This document shows positions 47,901-60,968 of a stretch of 64,000 nt of DNA, in pieces. The notes below the pieces were generated by a model. It searched no databases and had not been told where the DNA came from. It worked only from the letters and a program-made list of their open reading frames with translations. Each line of letters starts with the position of its first letter. The first letter of the stretch is position 1. The stretch comes from Octopus vulgaris. Its lineage: Eukaryota. The translations under genes were made by a program, and so were the position numbers. The DNA lies in NCBI GenBank assembly GCA_951406725.2, contig OX597820.1, forward strand, positions 110,422,001 through 110,486,000, read 5' to 3'.

Positions 47901-50900
47901 ATGATCCATATGTAAACAGCTCTATGGCTTCTCTGGTAGCATCCATGAGTGAACTACAGGCTTGGATGGCTTGTTTTGATGTCTGCCACACATCATCGAC
48001 TAGCCATTTCAATAGCTGCATCAATACCAGGCTAGTAGACAGCAGTTTTTGCTAATTGCTTCATATGTTCCATGTTGAAGTGTCTGATATGCAGTAAGTT
48101 ATTGGACTGTAGGCTCTGTGGAATCACAACTCTTGATCCTTGGATGAGGCATCCGTGGTAGATACTGAGTGAATCCAGCAACTTCTAGAACTTTCCGACT
48201 ACAGCATTGGTCTCAGTGTACTTCAGTGGCCACCCTTCGTGGACATAGCACATCACTATAGTCATCACTGGATCTTTCCCAGACTCTTGACGGAGGATAT
48301 TTCTGTCTAAAGGTTTGACTTGAAGACTGAGAACTCTAATGGCACACACCATGTCCATGTCTTCACCAATTTCCTCCCTGTCAAAGTCGTCGTCATTTCC
48401 AAATGGTAAGTGACTGCATTGCCATGATCCGCTGTTTTCCTGTACTCAATTGTGTAGTCAAACTGGTTCAGCCATAAAGCCTATCAAGCTAGTCGGTTGG
48501 CTGCAAGAAGTGGTGTCCCTTCCTTCGGGCCAAACAGTGCTGTCTGGTTTATGATCAGTCACCAGTATGAACTGACATCCGTACGGATACTGGTAGTATT
48601 TCTGCAAACCAAAGATAATGGATAGGGTTTCCTTGTGAATATGCCTGTAGTTTCTTTCTTCAGACGTGAGTGTCTTTGACACATTGGCAATTGGGTAGCG
48701 ATGAAACAAGACAGCTCCAATTCTGACATTGGATGCATCACAAGCCAGTCCAAGAGGCTTGTCTGGGTTGAAATATACAAGGATTTGATCTGAAGATAAT
48801 AAGCTTTTCAACTGTTTAAATGCTCTTTGCTCCTCATCTCCTCACTTCCAAGGAGTTGCCTTCTTGGCTAAACACTAAAGTGGTTAGGTTTGGGATAAAC
48901 TTCCCGTAGAACTGAACCAAACTTAAGAAGGACTTTAAGCTTGAGACATCTATAGTGGGTGGCATCTTCATGACTGCTTTGACCTTGGATCCCTTCATGA
49001 TTCCTTTGGCTGATAAGGTGTGGCCAAGATATTCCACACTGGTTGGTGTGAACAAGCACTTTTCACAGTGACATCTGAGTCCTTTGTCATTTAGATGAGA
49101 GAGCAAATGCCTCAGGTTGCTCAAATGGTTATTTGTGTCTTTCTGACATGAACAAGCATATCATCTTGGAAAACAGCAACTCCAGGCAGATCACTGGTCA
49201 GGTTATCCACGATCTCCTGAAAGTAACCAGGTGCTGATTCAATTCCAAATGGCAGTTGTTGTTGCAGGGGTACCCCACAGTGAGTTCTGAGGGCTAGCCT
49301 TTGTTAACTCTCTGGTGCCAGTTTAATCTGGTTGTAGGCATCAGCAAGGTCAATCTTCGTATAACCATATCCACCTCCCAGCTTCTGCATCAGTTCCTCT
49401 GGGAGCAGTATTGGATGATGGTGTACTTCTAGCTGATCGTTGATGCCAACTGAGTAGTCACCACAAATCTGTGACATGGGCTTCGGAGTGCCTGGATTAT
49501 GTGCTTTGTGAATTGGTACCATTGACGTTTCATATTTGTTGATCTGGACTTGCTTCCAGACTCCTTTTGCAATACCTTCTTTGTAACCTTTGGCCAGGTC
49601 AGCACGAAGAGCGAATGGAACCGGTCGTCCCTTATGAAAAACCAGCTTTGCATCAGACTTGAATTTCACTTCCAGTTCAAAATCCTTAAGACATCCCAAT
49701 TTGTCTTTGAAAAGATCTGGAAACTTGCCACAGAGATTGTGGCAATGTTGTTGCAGGGAAGCATAAGGCTCATTAGAGGATTTAGGATGTGATGTTTTTG
49801 CACCTTATTCTTGTCTTGACTCTCTATGCATTTCAGTCCAAGAGCATTGTCTACAGAAATTCCTAGTGTCTGGATAGTGTTTCATCCCAGCAAGTTCAGG
49901 TCAAGGATCTTGGTGACAATGTAAGGAATTGTACTTTGCTTCCCAGTCATTGGATCCTTGGTTTCGGCCATGAAAGTTCTTAGCATATGCAGGTCATGCT
50001 TGCTGGCAGACTCGTAGCTATGTTGGACATCATCTAGCTTTGGTTTCCCTAGTTGTTTTCAGATCAGCAAAGAAATGAAATTTCCAGTAGTTGCAGTGTC
50101 AAGTTCCATTATGAGCTGTTGGTTCTAGGTTGTGATTGGCACAACTAACTTAGAAGTATTGTTGGGAAATTCACTTAAGATTGCTTTGTCTAGCTCTGCT
50201 TTTGTGATTCGCTTCACAGAAGGTTTGGAACGATGTTCCCCTTTGCTGTCATTGCTTCTTCATACAAACAGCTTCCAAATGTCCTTTCTTGTCACAAGAG
50301 TGGCATTTGACTTCTTTGTAAGGACAGTTTGTAACTTTATGGGCCTTTTACTTCTGTAATACTTCAACTCAGGGTCTGTGGAATTAGACTGCTGATGGTT
50401 TATTCATTGACCCTTGTTCTGGGGTTACTTGACCTTGTTGACAGGCCTGGTCTTGGAATCATAGACAGTTTGTTTGGCAACCTTTGCTGCATCTTTGGTC
50501 TCAGTTGAGACTTGGACAGCGTATCCCTTGATCTTATAAAGAGCCTTTAAGACAGCTTTATTGTTGACAGAACATACGAATCTGTATCTAAGAGCTTCGT
50601 CTTGAGGGTTTGTTATAGAAGGAAAGTCACAGGTAGCAACATCCTGGAGAGTTTCACCAGGCTTCTGTTGCATGTCACTCGAGAACTTGAAATGTTCCCT
50701 CACACTGAAATGTTTTGGGTTAAATTGTTCCTTCATAAAGCTGGCAATTTCCACCATTGTCAGCTCGTTAATATCCTCTGGTGGACTCTGTTGAGTAGCC
50801 AGATTTGCCAGTTGTTTATGAATGTCAAAAAAATTTGAGTCTTGCACTGGTCAGGCACAGCATTTGCCATAATAAAGGCTCAGAATTGTTGACCAGTAAT

Positions 50901-51950
50901 CAGGCCACAATTCAGATGCTGTGTCAAAAGCAACAAATAGTTTCAGAAACTTGAACTTGAATCAGCCTTCTGAAAGCTTCCATATCTTCTCTGTACTGTT
51001 GTTCTATCCCTCCAAGTTTGAAGTTCCCTCTGAAGTTGAGTAACTCTATCAGCTCACCACTTTGTTTTGCCATTGTTATCAATGTAAAAATAGTTAAATT
51101 ATTGACTTATCTAAAATGAAGCTTATGTGCAAAACTGGTTGTTTACTTTTTAGATAATTATATCTGAGTGTCAAGGTAAAAAGTCCACTCTGCAAGAATA
51201 GTCTTTCATATCCTATTGTAAGATGTCCACTTCGCAAAAATGATGACAGTATCCTACTGGCGACACAGATTTATTATATTTCTCTTGTTTACTTACAAAG
51301 AATAGAGTAATAATCCAGATAGGTGTGTTTGTGATTCAAAATACTTCTCTCATTTACTCACAAAGAAGAAAACACAGTGGTACTCCAGATAGGTGTGAAG
51401 TCTATTTATTCCAGCTGTAATACTCAAGATTAATAATAACGTAAACCAAAAACCAAGACGCCTATGAACGTTCTCGCAACTTCTAGAACTTTGAATTCTA
51501 TTGGTTAGCGATCTCCACAACAGAAAGGGAATATTGATTACACAAAGTCCAAACTCACTACACTTGGAAAGAAGCAAAATCCCATTTGAGTTTATTTTAA
51601 TAATTCCTGGTCTGTCAAAACTATTAAGTAAATTAAGATAGTCTGAGCCTGCTCACAGATGTAAAATCTCCCATGAGAACAATCTTGTCATTGCATGGAT
51701 ATCTCTTTAGCAATTCTTTTAAATCAGAAAAGAACTTACTTCATGGCAGTGTCTATAGAATTTTAAAGTTGGGGAATATGCATTGATAAGTGTAGCGTAT
51801 CTATGAGAGCTAATTGAAATTTGAATTGTCAAAAGATGGTCACTTACTTTGATCTGTAGAGAGTCATGTTTGTTTGCTAACTCATTCTTGATTGCAAACC
51901 CTATGCCTGATTGCCTTTTCTCTGTCGCAGATTTACTTATCCAGTTACTA
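44940..51950 (-). mobile_element. Old RTE-like LINE, heavily degraded, split by the Gypsy insertion (parts about 44940-46741 and 51523-51950)
   Basis: NGILLLSKCSEFGLCVIN (APE) lies right of the insertion. GIPGEIFK, VTNGTKQRCVLAPMLF and FTYLG..EIETYISKASSAFG lie to its left. Confidence 0.75.
46742..51522 (-). mobile_element. Full-length degenerate Ty3/Gypsy (Mag-like) LTR retrotransposon in SNRPA1 intron 3
   Basis: LTRs at 46742-46998 and 51272-51522, perfect 5-bp TSD GAAAG/GAAAG, polypurine tract ggtggggatg and primer-binding-site-like tgtgtcgccagtaggat. Gag FNPKHF..EHFKF, RT ICGDY..TKIDLADAYNQI, RNase H LACDAS..LVTDHKP and an integrase remnant are present. Confidence 0.93.
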
Positions 51951-52667
51951 ACTAGGTTACCGCTAATTACTTCAGCTGCTTACATACTGTAAGTCTTGTC
52001 TCTGAGAGTGCAGCAATATTGTTATGTTTTTCTTTCAGAACATGAGCAACAAGTGCTGTTCAATCTGGATGTTTCTTATGGTCTTGTAGTGTTTGTACAT
52101 TCCCAGCTGCACAAAAATATTTGATTTTTTTTTTTTGTTTTCTTCTGTTTTCTTCAATATTTCAACTGCATTGTTGGACATCCTGTCATTTACAGTAGGA
52201 TGACATGATTGAGTGAGCAAACAATTTTTAGAGCATGTTTTCTAACCCCCTTCTGTATGTGGGAAAGCAATGTTATCCTAAAGAAACTGCTTTGTAGTTA
52301 AGAGGATGCAAACTATGAAATTGCTCACAGATGTTTTACAGAATGCCATCTACTTCTTACTACCATATGTGCGAAGCTCCAGCTTGAGACCACCAATGGT
52401 ATCCTCCACCTATCTCTGTCACTATCACTTCATTGCCATAGGATTTTTTTTCTTTTTGTATTCCTGTGACTCAATGACCTGCACTATGAATTTAATTATA
52501 GTGGACTTTGCTTATGGTTCACAAAACACACTCTCCCTGTAGAGCATGGCTTGTTTGAGTGCACGATGTGCTGCATGTCAGATACTGACTAGGTTACAAA
52601 TTTAGGTTTCTGACTTGATTTATCATAATCCTGCAGATTTTGAAAAGCAAAAGAAGCAGTGCTATAC

Positions 52668-53090
52668 ATCATCATCATCATCATCATTTAGCGTCCGTTT
52701 TCCATGCTAGCATGGGTTGGACGGTTCAACTGGGGTCTGGGAAGCCAGAAGGCTGCATCAGGCCCAGTCTGATCTGGCAGTGTTTCTACGGCTGGATGCC
52801 CTTCCTAACACCAACTACTCCGTGAGTGTAGTGGGTGCTTTTTACGTGCCACCCGCACAGGTGCCAGACGGGGCTGGTAAACGGCCACGGACGGATGGTG
52901 CTTTTTACGTGCCACCGGCACAGGGGCCAAATGAGGCTGGCAACAGCCACGATCAGACAGTGCTTTTTACGTGCCACCGGCACGGGGGCCAGGCGAGGCG
53001 GCGCTGGCAACAGCCACGATCGGATGGTTCACTTACTTGTCACCGGCACTGGTATCACAGCTGCAATTTCCATTGATGTCGATCGACTTC
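52668..53090 (-). mobile_element. 3' UTR and tail fragment of the RTE family at 18250-21727
   Basis: (CAT)n tail, ggctggatgcccttcctaac and tandem gtgctttttacgtgccacc. Confidence 0.8.
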
Positions 53091-53788
53091 AATTTTGGTT
53101 CTGCTTATTTAAGTAAACTGCTCGCCAATTTGCTTTTTGAAGGTTGGTGGCTTGGGCATACTCAAGGTGTCTTTTGCTTGGCATAGATCTTGTTGAATAT
53201 ACAATCCCACACCATATGTTGTAAACACATGTGTACATTATTGTATGGCCACTGACTCTCATGAGTTCCTCTGCTCTTTGGTAGGTTTTGTTTTTTGTCC
53301 CACAGGATGTCCAAAAACACCTGCCTCACCACTAAGCAAGCTTGGTGGGGTTAGCACTTTAATCACAGATGACCCGACTGTGCAACAAGTTGTACTGGTT
53401 TACATGTTACCAGTAGCACTAAAAAATTACCTGAGACACACGCACATACACTAAAAGAATCATCTCATGTATTGTTCAATGTTATGTAAATTGAGTATAA
53501 ATTTACATACCAGTCAGGTATAGGAATATAATGAGAGTGGGTAAGTACTACATGATTGATGAAAATATGTGCTCTGTTTGTAATGGTTGAAAATCACCAT
53601 GGTAGACATAGACTTGAGAACATTGGTGCATACAGGATTTCCAAAAAGAATGCTTATATGCAGGTCCTTAACTAGTGTTTGCATTTAATGTAGATATGGA
53701 AAAATTCATTTTTTCTACTTGTGCCTTGTATTATTATCTCTAAATAAAATTTTATAGACAATGTCTAAAATATCTCTTTCTGTTACAG

Positions 53789-53914
53789 GCGGATTGGTGA
53801 GGATTTAGAATTATCTGTACCCAACTTGGAAACTATAATTTTAACAAACAACAGTATTCAAGAATTATCTGATCTTGACAATTTGGCCAATTGTAAAAAT
53901 CTTAAATATTTGAG
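53789..53914 (+). CDS. SNRPA1: U2 snRNP protein A' coding exon 4
   Basis: tacag|(V)RIGEDLELSVPNLETIILTNNSIQELSDLDNLANCKNLKYL(S)|gttagt. Confidence 0.96.
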
Positions 53915-54659
53915 GTTAGTATTCTTATTTATTTCATATATTTTTATGTTATTTATTTTTAGACTGGAGTGGATTATATGGTATGACTTTTCATTGTATT
54001 TATGGTCAGAAAATGATTCAACTCTGATTAGTTGCTGACTCCACAAAATCTTAGACTCACATTAGAGTATAGCCCCCTTATCTGTGATGCTGCTGCTACT
54101 ATAATGTACACAAACATTTGCATGATTTATGTACAAATATATTATAAACACCAGCTCATTGATGTACTCCTTTCTTCTACTAATTAGTTTTAAGAAAAAG
54201 ACCCACAGTTGGCTTTATTTGAATTAAGTAAACAATTAAATCTCAGCAGTAGTGTTTAGTTAGGGGTAACAAACTGTCTTTCATTCTTCTGGTGTTTGAG
54301 AAATTACCCATCAAATTTAATATTCCTATGAAGCTTCTAGAATTAAAGTAAGAACTATTTTACTATTGGTATAAAAGCAACAAAGAAAAACAAGAGTTGA
54401 AGTGTTTTTCTGGCTGAATATTCCTAGTCATAAACTTATAAATTTTCAGCTTGGCTCATTAGAGGTAGATAGTTTTAATTCATCCCGGGGTACTATACCT
54501 ACTGCAGTGAGCTATGATATCTTAATCTTGTGATAGTATTGCACTTTCACATTCTATCCTTTATTCAACTAATCTTAAAGATTAGGTACTCACAAGATGC
54601 AGTTGAATCCCAGATAGGCTGATAGAAAAAAGTTTTCCTATGTAGAACTGCAAAGAAAG

Positions 54660-55640
54660 AGGCTTGTTAGTGCCACTATGAAAGGCTGCTAAATATTGAG
54701 AAAACATGGGAGAAGGAGAGTCTGCCTAATGTGGACCCAACTAAGGGACCAACTTTCCAAATAGTCAATAGCTTGGTAGATAAAGCTATGAAGGAGATGA
54801 AGACAGGGGAAGCTCTCAGCCCATAAGGAATCACCACTGAGATGCTTAAAATATTTGGCAGAGTGGAATATGGTCTAATCTCCCATTTAGTTAATCAGGC
54901 TGTCCATGAGAGAGTCACACCCAGTGACTGGTGTAGCAGCATGATAAGCTGCTACAAAGGCAAAGGTGATGGAGGGGTTGGCATTGGGAAGGGCATCCAG
55001 CAATAGAAACTAAGCCAAAACAGAGTGGAGCCTGGTGCAGCTCTGAGTTACCAGTTCCATTTAAACCATCTAACCCATGCCAGCATGGAAAAGAGAAGTT
55101 AATTGGTGATGATAAGTAGAGGGTGTTAGGAATAAGTAGCGGTACCTATGATATAAGTTGTTTCAACTGCACAAAAGTAATTGATAGATACTGTATTTAG
55201 GTCACCCAATTAGCATTGGAGAGGGTTCTGAACACAGAAGTTAGTAAGAATGGGGTGGTAAAGTTCAGGGAGCTATCACCTCTGCTGGCAACACTGGGAT
55301 TCTAGTGAAAACTAGTGTATCTGATATTTATATATGAAGTGTAATGTTGCATGGTAGCGACATAGGTATTGAATGCAGGTGTGTGAATGCTGGAAAGACA
55401 TGAGGTGACCATGCGTCACTAGATGTGTAATGCTAATGTGTATGAACAGTGGTGCAGGAATGAGCTGAGAGGAAAACTGGGTATGAGAATAATTAGATAT
55501 AGTGTGTGGGAGAACAGACTCCACTGGTATGGACATATGATGCGTAAGAAAGATAACTGTTGGGTAAAGAAGTATCACTTGATTCAAGTGGAAGAAGGTG
55601 ACATGGAAAGAAGGGTGGAAACTGATCTCAAAAGGATTCT
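54660..55640 (+). mobile_element. Deleted RTE LINE fragments in intron 4
   Basis: Pieces matching 19490-19760, the 3' tail and 20620-21050 (ELRGKLG..RLHWYGHMMR). Confidence 0.75.
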
Positions 55641-56891
55641 ATCAAGTAGGGAAATGTGCCGGAGAAGAAACATCCAACCCATACTGTATGAATTTCAATT
55701 ACATTTAAGAATAAAAAACAATAAAGTAGAATAAATTCCTAAAATTTATTTTTCAGGAAATGCAGTATAAGTAAATATAAAGATGATGTCACAATGCTTG
55801 TTTTAGTAAAAAAAAATGAAGAATAAATATTTATGTCCTGCTCTATCTTCCTTAAAATTACATTCTACTGTCTTACATAAAAGAAAGGCACACTGGATAA
55901 TATAGTACTAGATTTACCACACTGTATCTGAAAAGAAAATAGAATAATCACAGCTGGATGACTTTTGATCTTAAGTCTACTTGATCAGGGCTGATCTGGG
56001 AATCAACAAGGATAAATAATTGCTTAAGCTTTTGATTGGAGGTATTCATCAATAAATGAACAGTTTTATTGATTTAAAAAGTGGTAGGAAAGTAGTTGTG
56101 AATTTTTATGCCTATCCTCAAAAGTATTTGCAGAAAAGGCTACAAATTGGGAATTGGCCTGGTTTTGTCAACTTTCTGTAATGAGCCTATGTTACAGTGT
56201 ATATAATTCATGACTGTCAATACACAGCTGCAAGCTGCACCATTGAAGAAGCCTCCTTGTGATTGCTTGATTTGCAAGAAACTGTAATTAAATTACACTC
56301 TAATCACAGAGAAGGAATAGATTGAATAATGTAGTCCTTGATACTGTGTACCTGAAAGGAAAAAGGACAGGATAGGAATGGCTTGATCATAGGCTTGTTC
56401 AATCAGGGCTCATATGAGACTAAATAATGTCAGTTGCACTGTAAAATTGAGAAAGTTCAGTTTTTCTGTTGGGAAAGTTGCCTATGATTGTCATATTATC
56501 CAGGGGATGTTTGTCTCATTTAATGCTACAGAAATCAAAGATTAGGACCAATTCATTGCACTAAGTAGTCATTAAGAAGCAGAAAAATATGTAAAGAGAA
56601 ACCAAAATGTCTTTGGGAAGAAGTATCCCAAAAATGAATTTGTTTTCAGTGATAATCGAAGAAATAAGTTCCAGAAATGTCACAGTTAGATGATTGTGCC
56701 ATTCCTTAGTGGATCCAACACAGTGGTGGTGGACAGCTGTAGAGATCATATAGGGAGTAGAGAGTATAGTGAAAAAAAAAGGGGGGGCAGCTGCAGAGTT
56801 TTAAAGATAATTGGTTTAATAGATTGAAGTTTTAAGACATGGAAATTTCTGTTCATACTTTTATTTGTACTGATTGTATTTCTTCATTCAG

Positions 56892-56994
56892 CTTACTCCG
56901 GAACCCAGTTACAAATAAGAAAAACTACAGACTTTATGTAGCACACAAATTACCTACCGTTCGAGTATTAGACTTTCAAAGAATCAAACAGAAA
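56892..56994 (+). CDS. SNRPA1: U2 snRNP protein A' coding exon 5
   Basis: ttcag|(S)LLRNPVTNKKNYRLYVAHKLPTVRVLDFQRIKQK|gtgagt, the LRR-cap motif. Confidence 0.97.
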
Positions 56995-57445
56995 GTGAGT
57001 TCAACATGATTTAATCATTTCTATATAGAGTTCATTAAAAACTAAGTATTGCTTTTAAAATGGATTTATTTGTTGTTTTTGACACTATTATTTTTTCTTT
57101 CATGTTGGTTTGGATAGTTCATATATTGATCTTTTTTAAAAATTTGTTTATTATGAAATATGCTATGAAACTTCATGCTTTTCAAATTCTTACCTACCCT
57201 CAAGACCTTTTGGGGGGGGGGGGGCTTTTTACTAGTTAATCACTCTCCAGCAGACCTTCTGCAGTATCAGTTCGTTTCTCTTTTTCCCATCACTTGCCTT
57301 TCTATATTGTCTATATATATGTATGCATGTATGTACAGTACATAAATACTCACATAAGCACACTAGTTTATATGCACATATCTATATATATAAAACTCAA
57401 CTTGTGTGTGTGTGTGTGTATCTATCTGTGTGTCTGTGTGTTTAA

Positions 57446-58873
57446 CCTTTTCGTTACTATATTTCTGACCAAAATACACCCCTCATGAGTTTCAATTAAA
57501 TTCTAAAATAATCATGAATTTAGGCTTGTTTCATTAAATAACTGTAACTTTTTTACTTATCAACATTTTAATGTGATATTTGGAACATAATTAAAGAAAG
57601 GGTTCTTAATCAATTCTATTGCATAACTTTTGTCTCAAAGTGACTTTAATTACAGGTAAATCCAGGTAAATTGAGCAAAAGGTAAAAAATTAAAATTTTG
57701 TTTAAACATCACTATAGAAAATGAATCATCAGCTAATATTCAAATGGGTATGCAACAAAATTTTGGTAAAGAAGAATTGTGCACATCACTATATCATCAG
57801 TTGAATTTAATGCACAACAGGTGTACCATAAAGGTGGAATAAACTGAAATATTGGAATCCACCGTAAGTTTGACCGAACTAAAGAAATCGGTCAAAAAAT
57901 AATATACGGCCCTGGTTATGGAATGGAAGTGATAAATTCCAGACCACATCGTTCCCTAGGCCATGCTGACTAACATTATTTTCCCTGTATAAAAACTAAA
58001 TCCACGCAGTACCCAGTATTTGCTTCACAAATTTCCCAAACTTTGAACCCCGATTTTGGGTTTGTTTACAATCTGCGTAAGTTTGTTTCCACATTGATCG
58101 CTTCAAACAATAACTTCCAGACCACATCGTACCCTAAGCCATGCTGACTAACATTAGTTTCCCTGTATAAAAACTAAATCCACAACAGTACCCAGTATTT
58201 GCTTCACAAATTTCCCAAACTTTGAACCCCGATTTTGGGTTTGTTTACAATCTGCGTAAGTTTGTTTCCGAAGTGATCGCTTCAAACTAGCATACTGAAA
58301 AAAATAAAAGTCTAATGGTTTCACTTCCTAAGAAAGACTATAGATAAACTTTATCTCCTCAGAAAAATTGCTAATAAAAACATTTTAAAAGTTTTTTTAC
58401 TTCATTCTGATGTAAAATCGTCTTCGCCGCTTTGTTTCTTCGGAAGGCACTGCTTTCATTTTCGGATAAAAAAATATTCATTATTTTATACACCACGTGC
58501 TTTAGTACCTATTTCATTCTTTTTCTCGATATCTCCCTATTTTCCGTTGACAAAGCTTTAAATTCGGAATCAATGCTTGATAACATGAAACTCCTATCCA
58601 TTTTCAAAGTTGAAGAAAAATCGATGCCGATAAAACAGGTGGAAAAAAATCTCCCAAAATTCACTGAGTTGAGATATCACTTCAAGCAATGTCGGATACT
58701 ATAACTTAACTATTTACAATGTGAAATCACATGCTTTAACGAATGTACCAACGAGATTTGGGTTCAAATTTACATTTAAATAACAATGGGTTCTCACGGC
58801 CGGGTATGGCCGGGCTGGTATTATAAACCAAAAAATTTTTCGGCCGGCTACGGCCGGGTTAGTAACGAAAGGG
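57446..58873. mobile_element. Non-autonomous piggyBac-type element, copy 2
   Basis: TTAA-flanked, with the same TIRs and internal duplication as 43509-44908, in the same orientation and highly similar. Confidence 0.9.
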
Positions 58874-59010
58874 TTAATTATCATTGTTAACCTGAAGAGT
58901 GACCATAATTTTAAATTGAATTGCTTTTCGATTAAATTTAGGCCTTATTAATTGGAATTCGAATTTATTATAGCTGTTTGAAACGTACATAGCTTTTTTA
59001 CTTATTATAT

Positions 59011-59378
59011 GTTAGTTAGTTAGTTAGTTAATTTGGCTCAAAAGCAAATAGCAAGGCCATGTAGGGGGACATGGAGTTAAGTACAGGGTGGTGTTCATGT
59101 AAAGAGTTCAGGCCACTTGAGGTCCAGGGAGGCTTTGAACAAAGCGGTCGTCGGCATCTTCACCATCTCGTCTGGCAGCTTGTTCCACGGATCCGCAGCG
59201 ACCCGGACGGAGAAAGCTCCTCTCCTTCGATTGAGATGAAATCGTCGCAGGTAGAGCTTTTCGGAATGACCCCGCAGCCGACGCTCCGGAGCAGGAGTGA
59301 AGAACAGCTCTTTCGAGAAAGGTTACACTTCCCGCTTATGATGTTGTGGGCGAGAATGAGATCACCACGGCGGCAAAA
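59011..59378 (-). mobile_element. 5'-truncated CR1-type LINE 3' end with (TAAC)n tail
   Basis: RRGDLILAHNII..RLRGHSEKL..RRRGAFSVRVA..PWNKLPDEMV..FKASLD, with two small frameshifts. Confidence 0.82.
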
Positions 59379-60968
59379 ATGAAGGCATTAAATGCTTGAA
59401 TGAGAACAAATTGATTATTCATTTTTATTTATGATTTGGTTTATGTCTATCATTGTGTAGAAGTATTGATTTTGCACTAATTTATATATTATGTGCGATT
59501 TATATTGTGAAATTTGATTTAATACTAAATTGAATTTTTCTCCTGTAAGTTTGAAGTTATACTCCCTAATATTATTATTATATATATACATACACACATA
59601 CATATCTATCTATATATATATATAACTTATAAACAAGAGCAAAAGAAAAATTATTTCCATGCCAATATGCTGATAACACACTTTAAATCGTCAATTTTCA
59701 CATTTCATTATACATTGACTATAAATACGTGCTGAAATCGAGGAAAACTAGCCAACAGAATTTTTTTTTAATTTTTATTTTTTAAAATTTAAGCATTTAA
59801 TTAATTCTTATTATTATAATTATTATTATAGAACTAAAATCAAAAAGTATTAGCTTGGTTACTTTGTGAATTAGATTGTAACGTAAAATTTGTTTAGAAT
59901 AGGTAGAGTAAAGTTTTTTATATTTAGTACTATTGAATCTTTAATAAGTAATTTGTACCTTTTTTCACAAATAAATTTATAAACGAAAAGTAATACGTTT
60001 TTAGTTTTGAAATTTTTTATTCTTTTATTTCACATAAATATTTTCAGAAAGTTAAGTATAATATTTATTTAATGGAGTAATTTACGGAGGGTTATGTTTA
60101 TTGATTGAAAAAATATGGATTTCTAATTGCTTTATTTGTTAATTATAATTTAGATACATACATTTATTTAATTTTTAAGAGCTATTCGAATGACCGCTAA
60201 AGTAAGAGGGGGTTCATAGTTTCTCCATGTCAAGCACACCTGTTCTACACATGGGTTTATTTTGCCCGCCCACCCACATGCGTGTGCCTAAAGTTATACA
60301 TGAGTCATCCACCCTCACTTGAATCCAATGTACACATCCTCACTCCCATCCTTCGCCAAATGCATATGCATATACATACAAACCCACACACACACGTGCA
60401 CCATAAAGTGCCTTCATAGATACATCTATATACACACAAGTACAAGAAAAAACAGGGCTAAGGGTAACAATACAGAAAAAAGGCATAAGCGAGTATACAA
60501 AGAGTACTAACCACATCTATACACGCACATACCCATATGCACGCACACACACACACGCCTATATACGCACAAACCCGCACACGCCTATATACGCACAAGT
60601 GGTTACCCGCACACACACACACACACACACACACACATCTATATATACACACAAAAGATTCCATATACACGTCTATATACGCACAGGAAAAATGCAAGGT
60701 GGAACATAGAATACAGAAAAAAATTATGTGTAAAAAATATATAAGCAATAAGCCAATAAACCAAGATCTCAATAAATATGTACGAAATATATGTATATAA
60801 ATATATATAAATATAAGTAAAAGGTATAAAAAGTGCCACGTATCAGAGGTGGTTTCACATACTAGAGTAGCTCATTCAACAGTGGTACCCCAGCATGACA
60901 ACAGCTTTCAGGCTGAAACATTTTTCAGGAGTTATAGGATATATACATACATATATATATATATATAT

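Larger units (their letters stand above)
27914..56994 (+). other. SNRPA1: SNRPA1 gene span, 5' part: join(27914-27995,28836-28876,41293-41399,53789-53914,56892-56994), 153 codons; later exons lie beyond the window
   Basis: Five GT-AG-bounded exons splice in frame (82+41+107+126+103=459 nt) into the leucine-rich-repeat domain of U2A'. Confidence 0.95.

Noticed and set aside
53826-54038. 70-aa ORF as a separate gene
   Set aside because: It is part of SNRPA1 exon 4 reading through the donor site into the intron.
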